A stretch of 64,000 nt of DNA from Gracilinanus agilis (lineage: Eukaryota). The notes beneath the pieces were generated by a model that saw nothing but the letters and a program-made list of their open reading frames with translations, had not been told where the DNA came from and made no database searches. Shown here one piece after another: positions 50,579 through 61,220 of the stretch (positions within the stretch are counted from its first letter, which is position 1; each line of letters begins with the position of its first letter). The stretch lies in contig NC_058133.1 in the NCBI RefSeq assembly GCF_016433145.1, positions 389,697,456 to 389,761,455 on the forward strand, read 5' to 3'. A program made the translations under genes and the position numbers.

Positions 50579-50783
50579 AGGGCAGCCAGATGGCTCAGTG
50601 GACTGAGAACTAGATCTAGAGATGGGAAATCCTGGGTTCAAATCTTGATTCCAACATTTCCTAGTGGTGTGACCATGGCCAAGTCATTTAACCTCAATTG
50701 CCCAGCCCTTCCTTCTCTGCTGCTTTGGAATCAATACTATATACTAATTCTAAGACAGAAGGTAAAGGTTTAAAAGAAAAGAA
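50579..50783 (+). mobile_element. SINE1_Mdo-like SINE
   Basis: Head ggcagccagatggctcagtgg, tail gaaggtaaaggtttaaaa, decayed TSD. Confidence 0.7.
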
Positions 50784-51240
50784 AGAAATCTGTAGGTCTC
50801 TTCAACCACAGAAAACGTTCATCTTAGAGTGTTCTCTACCACCAAAACAATAGCAGAACCCAGCTTTCTAGGAAGGAAATAGGCTCCTCACGGCATTAAA
50901 TTTTATCACCACCTGAGCACAAAAGGAAAGTATTAAATGTTACAGCAGGTCACTTCCACTGAATCCCTGACTTGAGCACTTGTTTCCCATTCCTGGATAT
51001 ACTGGTTTAAGCCACATTACAATCACTGCCATGAGAATAATGAACAAGTACATGTCAAATCTTAAAATGGGTTCCCTACTGACAGGATGCTGTGGCAGAG
51101 ATGGAGGAAAGGTGTAAAAGTCTATCTGAGACGAGCCTTTCCTCAGGTACAAATATTGCATCTGATGGCGACAAAAAGAAAGTCCATTGCTGTGAGGATC
51201 AATATACATAGTATCATGCAGGTAAAAATGTGAATTTGGA

Positions 51241-51336
51241 TAGACTTTAGGAGACAGCAGAGGACAGAAGGACGTGGCATCCTGTGGTCCATAGGGTCAC
51301 AAAGAGTTAGACATAACTGACCAAATGAACAACAAA
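51241..51336 (+). mobile_element. RTE (BovB-clade) LINE 3' end
   Basis: gaggacagaaggacgtggcatcctgtggtccatagggtcacaaagagttagacataactga...aacaacaa matches the RTE/BovB 3' terminus pattern with a (CAA)n tail. Confidence 0.7.
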
Positions 51337-53985
51337 ATGGGTGAAAAACTGGGCCTTAGAATAAGCCTCTCACGCTTGCTACTGGGAGGTTGTTACTAAG
51401 AGATGTGGTTAAGGTTTAGTCACTAAAAAGTTTATAATCTTTAGAAGTGTCTGCTATAATGATTGATATATAAATTTAGTTTCTTGATTTTTTACAAGTT
51501 GCTGTGAATGATAAAATTTAGCATCAATAATAAAAAAGTAAGTTTGGACTCAACATGAATAATAAAAAATAAAATTCAAATTATCGAGTGAAAGAAACAG
51601 AAACAAGAGAACATTATTTAAAGCAACAGAAAAATTGTTTGAAGAATTACTGGTGTATGTCTACCTCCAGAAAAAGAACTGATAAAAATAAGACATATAT
51701 ATATGTTTTTGTCAAATGATGCCTTCTCTAATGTAGGGAAAGAGGGAGGAAGTTAACTGGGTATTTTAATGTAACAAATAAAAGATTTTTTTAAAAAAAT
51801 GAAGTTGAATCTTAGTCAGTTAGCTGGCACAGTAGATAGAGTGCTTGTTTAGATACAGGAAGACCTGAGTGGAAATCTTGCTTCATAACAACTTATTATC
51901 TATGTGACCCTAGGAAAGTCACTTAACTTTTATCAGCCTCAGTTTCTTCATCTGTAAAAAGAGAAAATTAAAGGGCTGGACTCAATGACATCTGAGATCT
52001 CTTCTAGTTCTAAGTCATGATGTAAATCTATGGCCCTATGATCTTTCTGAAAAATAAAGTTCAACCAGACTGGCTTTGACTTGTGTAGTGGGCATTTAGA
52101 ATGAAGTTCCCTAGATTTTAGCTATCATTGTTCTAAGGTTCTTAGAACTAAAAGTAGAACTAGTTTATATCATTCTTTCCTGTATTGAGTCATTTAGGAA
52201 CAAAGAGCACACACATCCATTGGCCAGAGCAGGGACTATTTTGGCCTCTCTTTAAGCACACTCCAGTGCTTAGCATCATGCTTGGCACCTAATAGGTATT
52301 TAATAAATGTTTGTTAACTTAACACTAGAGGGTGAGCAGTGAAGGGAGATTGGCCCCTATAGCAAGAATAAATGGCTCTCTTCTCCATCTCCACAACTGA
52401 TTGTTTCTTTGGACCTGGGTTATTCAAGATAGAGGCTGAGGCTTACCTGCGCTGGAGCTCCCAAAATTCAACTTCTGCCCCTGACATTCACTGGGAAGTC
52501 TTGGTGTTTTTCATTGGTTTGTGAGAAATTTTGTAAAGGCAGAATACCTTTCATCAAAACACTAGTAACATGTCATGACACTAAGTAACGCTTTAGATCT
52601 TTTGGAACAGGAGAGGTCCCTACCACAATCTCTGCAAAAATATTTTCATTTTTTTTCACATATGCTAGAACCAAGCTGGGTAAGGGTATTTTATTTATTC
52701 CTCCTTTTTCGTGCTTAGCCTAATTTTTCAGGGCTATTCATGTAAAGTGGGCAAATATCATTGAATTTCAGGCAGTTCTAATACCTTGCTATAACATTAC
52801 CTACCTCTGTACACATAGATACACAGCAAATACACACAACACCTATAGATAGGTGGACCCTGTTTTCATAGCCTTACTAAAGTCCTATTCCAGTGTCTTC
52901 GATGATAGAGTGGCCATTCTATTCTCTCCAAGGCTTTGCCTTATAATGTAATGTCAAAGACAAATTTGAAAGGCATCCAGATTGGTTTCAGTGGTGACCC
53001 CATTGATGAGAAATCTATCATGCAGGGATCTGCTTGGCTAAATTGACTCTACTCAATACATAGTCATTACCTTTTTTTCTACAGTAGAAAAATTCTACAG
53101 TTTCAGAGGAGTTATGCTCTGTATGGGTGTTCTGTCTCAATGAAATCATAGGTTACTGATATAGTGAAGTACAGAGAGCTGTTAGAATATGTGTATATAC
53201 ATATATATATATATATTTACACAAATATTTTTATTTTTTATACATATGTATGTATTTCACTCTTACTTCAAAGGGTCATTTTGTGATTTCATTTTTCACT
53301 TGTTTTATTGCTGATAGATATTTTCTTAACTTTAGACCTAAACTCCCTTTTTCAGTCCCAGTGATGGTTGGCAAAATCCATTTGACAATTAGAATTATTT
53401 GTGAACTGTGTTTATGAACTATTTTCAGAATTCTACTACAGTTCTTAGCATATTTCACTAGATGTTATATCTATTACTTCTGGGTTCCCTTTGTTATTTT
53501 TCTCTTCTTTTATGGTACTTTCCCTGCCAGCTCTGTTCTGGAGTTGGGTATTTAATTACTGCTTGACTCAGTTCCCTCATCTGTAAGATCAAGGAGTTAG
53601 AATCAATAGCTTCTACTGTTCCTTCAAGCCCTAATTCTGATAGCACAGTTCCTTGAAGTAAGCAGGAAAAATCATCTTTCCTACTATCTTTCTTTTTATG
53701 GGGATGATGTTATCATGTGCAAATTGATTGTTTTTTAAACATCTAAACATCAGCAGCCTGAAATATCAACTCTGTCCTGGATCTAAGATCTTGGTGTTTT
53801 TGTTTGTTTGTTTGTTTTTTCCCTTACTGTCATAGTATCCTAAGGCAAACAGATCCCATTTATAACAAAAAATGGCAAACAGTTCCCTGTGCCTATAATG
53901 CTCTTCCTCTTCCCCATCGCTTCTTGGAATAGCTAGACAAATTTAAGGCTCATTTCAAGGGCCATGTCATTCAAGAGTTTCTTTG

Positions 53986-54196
53986 GGAGGGAGCTGGGTA
54001 GCTCCGTGGATTGAGAGTCAGGCCTAGAGACAGGAGGTCCTAGGTTCAAATCCGGCCTCAGACACTTCCCAGCTATGTGACCCTGGGCAAGTCACTTGAC
54101 CCCCATTGCCAACCCTTACCACTCCAGCTATAATCCAATACACAGAAGTTAAGGGTTTTTAAAAAATTAAAATAAATTAAATTAAATTTTAAAAAA
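53986..54196 (+). mobile_element. Young SINE1_Mdo-like SINE
   Basis: Near-identical to 27474-27659. TSD AAGAGTTTCTTTG. Confidence 0.85.
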
Positions 54197-56206
54197 AAGA
54201 GTTTCTTTGCCCCAATTTCTCTCATAATTAGCTGCCTGTGGAAGAAATAAGAAGTCATAGACACAAAAAGAAATGTTTACCTAAGACACCAAGACAAATA
54301 TCACCCTAATATCAAGATTTCATTGTACAGGAGTCTATGGATGAACCAGGTTCCAAAGCCCATGACATGAATATGAGACTCTTGTCCTGGTGGACATTAG
54401 TCCCTTGCACCTGCCTGAGGGATTAGGCAGAACTGATTAAAGCTCCAGAGGAGTGGTTCAGGTTCTCTTTAGCCTTTTTTAGAGTGTCTTCAGGTTCTAA
54501 AGTTGCTTCTGGAACTTTTGGATTCCAGTTTTGGTATAGACGGATGATGTCAATGCCAATTCAGGATGCCTTAGGGAGAATAAGGCTCGAGAAGAATGCA
54601 ACTTAAGAGGAGCCACAGTTTCTATCATGCTTCTATCCCAACTTATTACACCAGAGAATTCATGGAATCCACCCTTGAGTGAAATCTGGGCCTCCCTTCT
54701 TGGTTGAGCTGAATTATCTCATTCCCAGTGGAAGAGTGCCTTCACTTTGTATTGTCTAGCATGTATACTCTAATGTTTACTTTCTCTGATTCTGTTTTAT
54801 ATCTCCTTGGATAAATGGGTATTTTTTTTATTTGTTTTTTTGTTCTTTTTCTTATTGCTCTATGTGCTCAGTGTAAAATTATTTGCTGGACCTGAAGATC
54901 TGAAGACCTCAATTCAAATCTAACCTTAGACATCAACTAGCTGTGTTCCTCTGGCCAACTCTAAATTTCTTTTTGCCTCAGTATCCACATCTGGAAAATT
55001 AAGATTATAATAGTACCTAACTCCTAATGTTATTGAAAGGATTAAATGACAAAAATATTTTTAAAGTACAATGTATACTTTCAAATGTTATATAAATGCA
55101 AGCTTTTGTTGTTGTTATTATTATTATCATCATCCTCATCATAACTAGATATCAGAGATATGAGACATAAATATGCTCATTCACAATTCTCTGTGATTCT
55201 CCAAAACTCTCTTCCCTGGCCAACACTGCCTATGTATCTTAGCTTGTTCTATTAGAATGTAAGATTCTCTAGGGCAGAGACTCTCAGATTTTAATTTATA
55301 ATTTCAGTCCTTAGTGTGATGTCTTGAATAAAGCAAGGGCTTAATAAGTGCTTTTTCATTTATTCACCCACCCACTTTTTGTCACTGGCAAGTATTACAT
55401 AGGCCTGAGAACCTTTGTTGTTGCTTTTGTCAGAATGGGAATCTTTTTTTTTTTTAAATTGATACATTTTCTTTTTACATTACAACCATTTAGAGGTCAT
55501 TCACATTCCATGAGGGGCCTTTGTAATGAAGAAAAACAGGTGAGTAAAGCAAATAATATGATGGTCTCATCTGTAACATTTCACATATGTTGTATGCTCC
55601 CACCTCTATTTTTAAAATGAACAGAAATATACTCTCTCTCCTCTCCACCTCTACTCTCATTGGGAAAAAAGAAAAGAACAATTTTTCTTTAATGTAAAAT
55701 ATGTGCAAAACAAACAAGACAAATTATCTCAATGTATTCAAAACATATATTTATTATACATGTGTTTGCATATGCCCATATGTGTCTCAATTTGAACCCT
55801 AATGAAATGAATTTGAGGAAAGGAATGGGCAAGAATTTTACATGATATACAGGCATGGATTGGCCATGGTTACTGGAAGCACTCATCATTAAAATCCTAG
55901 ATATTAGATATTAAAGTAGGAGATTTTATTCTTTTGATGACCTCTAAGAGCCATGCTTTCTACTTATTGCTAGTAAACAGAGCAACTAAAGGAACTGATG
56001 TTGGTAGATAGAATCTTTGTAAATCATCATGAATTACATTTTTATATCCTTAAGGTAGTGGAAATAACTGGTTTATATAGATCATTGAAGGTCAAGTCCC
56101 TGGAAAATTACCAGTAGAGGTCCCTGCCCTCAAATTATACAGTAAAAAGTTGTTTCCAGAATATCTTTCTCAAAGTAATTACTGAAGAAAAAAATGTATT
56201 CTAACA

Positions 56207-56346
56207 ATTCGCACCTTACACTACAGGGATTCTCTCTTAGGGCTTTTCGGGGGGTGGGATTCCATTAGCTGGCTTCCTTAGAGCATAAGGTGCTTGGGTC
56301 ATTAACTTTTATCTAGCAGGATGGGAAAGGAGATTTTAATAAAGGG
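56207..56346 (+). promoter_or_regulatory. Candidate promoter module (diverged copy)
   Basis: ATTCGCACCTTACACTACAGGGATT at 56207-56231 and TAATAAAGG from 56337. Confidence 0.4.
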
Positions 56347-56767
56347 TGTCCCCTGAATAGAGTAGCTAACTACATCACAATTCGTTGCAGTTTACAGAAA
56401 GAAATTTCTTAGAGATACTGGAACCGACAATCCTAAGGCAAGTTTCTTAAATCATCAGATAAGGCATAAATTATACTGATATAAATTGGCTATAGATTGA
56501 GTCAAAATAAATTACTTACTTGCTTTTTGGTTACAATTAAATATCTACTTGCTTACACTCATTATCTCCAACTTCTGGCTAAATAAAGTGATTGGAGAAT
56601 GATCATTAAAATAAAAAGATTACTCCTTCTTTGAGGGTATAACTGTTAATTCTTACAAGGACATCAAATTAACATGTTCTTTTTAAAATGCCATTGGAGA
56701 TTTCAGTGGTAAGCTCTCTGGTTGATCACAAAGCATATAAACACTGCATGGTACAGAGAAAAGAAGC

Positions 56768-57811
56768 ATGACCTACAACATTGGATCCCAGCCTACATCT
56801 GTGCAGCTCTGCTACGAGAACATCAACGGTTCTTGCATTCATTTCCCCTACTCCAAAGGACACCGAGTCATGCTCTACCTGGCCTTTGGCACTGGGATTG
56901 TGCTGGCTGTCTTGGGAAACCTTCTGGTCATGATTTCAATCCTTCACTTCAGGCAGCTGCACTCTCCAGCCAACTTCCTCATTGCCTCCTTGGCTTGTGC
57001 TGACTTTCTGGTGGGAGCCACTGTGATGCCCTTCAGCATGGTGAGGTCTGTGGAGGGTTGTTGGTACTTTGGCAACAGTTACTGTAAACTTCATACTACT
57101 TTTGATGCAGCATTTTGTTATACTTCCCTCTTTCACTTGTGCTTCATCTCTATTGATAGATATATTGCTGTCACTGACCCTCTCATCTATCCAACCAAGT
57201 TCACATTCTCTGTCTCTGGGCTATGTATAACTCTCTCCTGGACCATCACGATGACTTACAGTGGTTCTGTTTTTTACACAGGTGTCAATGATGATGGACT
57301 GGAGGAATTAGTAAGTGCTCTCACTTGTGTGGGTGGCTGTCCAAGTGTTGTGAATCAGAACTGGATCCTAATAGATTTTCTGTTGTTTGGTATACCCAGC
57401 CTCATTATGATTATTCTTTACTCTAAGATTTTTCTAGTAGCTAAAGTGCAGGCTAGAAAGATTGAAAGCACAGGTAGCTCTGGGGAATCTTCATCTGCAG
57501 ACAGTTACAAAGCCAGAGTGTCCAAGAGGGAGAGAAAAGCAGCCAAAACACTGGGCATCACAGTGATTGCATTTCTAATTTCATGGTTACCCTACTCAAT
57601 TGACTCAGTAATTGATGCTTACCTTGGCTTCATCACTCCTGCTTATGTTTATGAGATTTGCTCTTGGTTTGCTTATTATAACTCAGCTATGAATCCCTTA
57701 ATTTATGCTTTCTTTTACCCTTGGTTTCGAAAAGCTGTAAAACTCATTGTCACTGGCAAAATCTTACAGGATGGTTCTTCAACCATGAATTTATTTTCTG
57801 AACAAGAATAA
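56768..57811 (+). CDS. Trace amine-associated receptor, TAAR6/TAAR8 clade (most TAAR6-like of the three), 347 aa
   Basis: Intact ORF with D113 and D203. [22 protein letters not shown] and NSAMNP resemble TAAR6. N-terminus differs from the other two genes. Confidence 0.92.
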   Translation: MTYNIGSQPTSVQLCYENINGSCIHFPYSKGHRVMLYLAFGTGIVLAVLGNLLVMISILHFRQLHSPANFLIASLACADFLVGATVMPFSMVRSVEGCWYFGNSYCKLHTTFDAAFCYTSLFHLCFISIDRYIAVTDPLIYPTKFTFSVSGLCITLSWTITMTYSGSVFYTGVNDDGLEELVSALTCVGGCPSVVNQNWILIDFLLFGIPSLIMIILYSKIFLVAKVQARKIESTGSSGESSSADSYKARVSKRERKAAKTLGITVIAFLISWLPYSIDSVIDAYLGFITPAYVYEICSWFAYYNSAMNPLIYAFFYPWFRKAVKLIVTGKILQDGSSTMNLFSEQE

Positions 57812-57987
57812 GGGTTAGAATAAGAAATCTTATAATGAATTTCTCCTGATAGTTATAGTTTTCTCAACATTTGTAATTGCCAATTAACTCTATTACTAAA
57901 CATAAAAAACTAGCAATTTTTAGATGAGAGGGGAAAAGATTCATTTTTTCCATTAGACTAAGTCATAATGCTTTTTAAAAAATTTTA

Positions 57988-58170
57988 GGGCAGCTGGGTA
58001 GCTCAGTGGATTGAGAGTCAGGCCTAGAGATGGGAGGTCCTAGGTTCAAATCCAGCCTCAGACACTTCCCAGCTGTGCGACGGTGGACAAGTCACTTGAC
58101 CCCCATTGCCCATCCTTACCACTCTTCCACCAAAGAGCCAATATACAGAAGTTAAGGGTTTAAAAAAAAA
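57988..58170 (+). mobile_element. Young SINE1_Mdo-like SINE
   Basis: Same subfamily tail (...caatatacagaagttaagggtttaaaa) as the copies at 27474 and 53986. Confidence 0.85.
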
Positions 58171-59725
58171 AGAATTTTTACTGTGACATATCTCTGATTC
58201 TACTATTTAAAATTGCCTCCTGATATTATATGAAACTAATATTAACCAAGTGCTTCAGCTCTATAAACTCTCCTGGGTTATTAAGTCTCTTTCACTTCTA
58301 AATTCCATTAACTTCTCATTTCTTGTTCTGATATGTAATCTTAAATGATTTCACATTTTCCAGTTCATTTTCATGCTCCAAAGTTTTCCTTCCTATTCTT
58401 AGAATTCTGTGAAATAATCTACCTCTGACCACCTACCCCACCTTTTATATTCAGGTGTCATTTGCATGTTTTGGTTCCTACCTGTTTGTGAATTCTCAAA
58501 TAACTTTACAATTTCTGGGATAAGCTTTGCCAGAGGGTTTTTTCTTAGGGATAGGCTTACACTAAGTTTGAGTGTATGATGTGTGAGGGATAGTATTCTA
58601 ACAGTAGCTGTCTTACTGTGTCTATTTCTGCCCTTTAGCTGGAATGTCAATCCCCCCTCACCTGCAAGGGCTCAACCATGCATTGCCTGTACTCTGAAAA
58701 CTGTTTTCTATTGATGCGGCTTCAAGCTACTTTCATGTACTCATTGATAAAACAAATTTTGCTTTTTACATGTCTGGAGTTTTTTTATTTCATATAATAA
58801 AAATATGCTTGATTATTAATATATTTCTACTTTAAATGGTTCTGAAATATTAAATATTTTCTTGGCTTGTTTTCACAAAGCTAAACAAATTATGTGTATA
58901 GTACCACTCAATAACCTGAGTAATTAAAAATACAGTAAATGGTCCCTTTCAAAATATTAAAATTGAGGAGACAAAGGAAAAGTTAAATAATCAAGCAAAA
59001 AGAAAGTATATATTTGTTATCTTTCTTCATGACTACTTTCTCTTCCCACATGGAATAAGATGCCCCTTTTCAGGAGAAGAATTGTGCATATCACAGTATA
59101 ATTTGTTGTGAATTCTGTTTAGATTCTAATCTCCTCTAAGACTAGATCATTGTTGAATACCTGAATCTCCCCAGAAGAGCCCTCCTATAGCTATGGATTG
59201 TGGTCAGCTATGAAAGTCACAGGCTTCTTTCCTCCCAAAACCTTTGATCAGAAGTCTACAGGTTTCCTTTTGTAGTTGTTGGTTGATATGAATTAAAGTT
59301 ATTGTTTAGGTGAATCTGACTGGGCCAGTACCTCCCTCAAATACATACTCAAGGTACCTTTCCCTTACTGCCCCCATGACTTTACTCAGCAATTTATTTT
59401 AGAAATTCACATAGATGTGGTACCATGGAGTAATAATTTTATGTTTATTATAAATGATAATAATAACATTGATTTGTTAACTTCACAATTTTTTTTGAAA
59501 ATTTACTTGTTTAATAGGTATTGTATTAGCCTTTAGAGGCACAAGGGTCTCTCCCCCTTTCTCTCTAAATATATACATATATTTATATACACATATACAT
59601 ATTCAGATTAAATATATGAGTCATAATGTACCTAGGAGGAGGCTATGCACACCAATAACTAAGATTTAAAAGGGGAATGAAAAAAATGCAAAGGAGAGAG
59701 TGAGATAAAAAAAATCATGAGAATA

Positions 59726-60085
59726 CTACTAGCAGCAATGCAATAATCCAGGACAACTCTGACGGACTTATAAGAAAGAAAACTAGCCACATTCAGAGGA
59801 AGAACTGTGGGAGCAGAAATATAGAAGAAAAACAACTGCTTGAACACATAGGTTGATACGGATGTGATTTGGGATGTAGACTCTAAACGACCACCCTAAT
59901 GCAACTATCAATAATATGGAAATAGGTCTTGATAAATGACACATGTAAAACCCAATGGAAATGCACTTTGGCTACAGTGTGTGTGTGTGTGTGGGGGGGG
60001 AGTTTTGAAGGGGAGAGAAAGAAAATGAATCATGTAACCATGGAAAAATTTTCTAAAATATTAAAAAAACTAAAAACAAAAAAAA
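59726..60085 (+). mobile_element. L1 3' UTR fragment with TSD
   Basis: Marsupial L1 3' UTR (ccaggacaactctga...gaagaactgtgggagcagaaa) with A-rich tail and TSD aaaaa(t)catgagaata. Confidence 0.8.
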
Positions 60086-60565
60086 CATGAGAATAGGATA
60101 ATAAATTTAGAGTTATGTGATATCATAGGTCATAGAGTACAACTTTTATTTTATGGATGAGGAATCTAAGGCCTAGAGATGTTAAATGATTTATCCCATG
60201 TCTTCATATAGCAAATATCTAAGGGAGAATTAGGACTGAAGTCTTCCTAAGTCCAAGTCCAGTGCTCTCTCCATTTTACCAGGTTCTCTTTCAACTTTGT
60301 CCAAGAGTGGGAGGTAGAGATTGCTCTGACCCAGAAAGGTGGGAAGGGGAAGTGTCTGGAATTTTTTAAAGGATGAAGTGGTGTTTGAATTGGATCTTGA
60401 AGGAAGACTTCGATAGTTTGAAAGAGAGGGAAGAGAGTCTTCCAAGAAAAACTAGGTAGAATGGGTAAAGACATGAAAATAGAACTAAGGATGAGGACAG
60501 AAACTGGTCAGAAGCAATGTGCCCTAATGACAAAGAACCTGTATTTGGAGTCAGAGGGTCTATAT

Positions 60566-60767
60566 CAGTGATTCCCAAAGTGGGCACCACCACCCCCTGG
60601 TGGGTGGGTGCTGCAGCGATCCAGGGGGGCAGTGATGGCCACAGGTGCATTTGGGGGCAGGGAATAACTGTAAGGGGGCAGTGATAGTACATAACAGAGG
60701 GCACTAAAATTTCACTAAATTTTTTCTGGAAAGGGGGTGGTAGGCCAAAGAAGTTTGGGAACCACTG
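60566..60767. mobile_element. 202-bp hAT (Charlie/Buster-type) MITE
   Basis: TIRs CAGTGATTCCCAAAGT / AGTTTGGGAACCACTG with a perfect 8-bp TSD GTCTATAT. Confidence 0.9.
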
Positions 60768-61220
60768 GTCTATATTCAAACCTTATCTCCATCACTATCT
60801 AATAGGTCGTTAGATTTCTGATAATCCCTGAGTTTCCATTCAGACTTAAATCTCTGACCTTATAATTAAATATACTGGTTTATCAAAAAGTCAGAGTCTG
60901 AGAAGATAAGTTGTAGGAGGCAGGGATAGAAATGTTCATCTGCTATCATTTTGTAGAGGACCTCACATATCAGTCTCTGGAATTAGTATGGTAAGCTAAG
61001 AGGAGCTACTGAGGATTTTTGAGTGAAGGAAGGACATCAGAAAGATGCCTCCACATTTCTAACAACAACAAAAACAAGAGCCTCATCATTCACAATACCA
61101 TAACTATAGTTCAAGTTAATAAAAGCTAATGGGAAAACTGAGAGAGTATGAGAGAAGCTAGTTATAAATCAATAATTCAACAAATATAACAACAACCAAA
61201 TGAATATATGATTTATACAT

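Noticed and set aside
54324-54800. Possible further LTR beginning TGTACAGG
   Set aside because: I could not identify a matching CA end or TSD, so it was not called.
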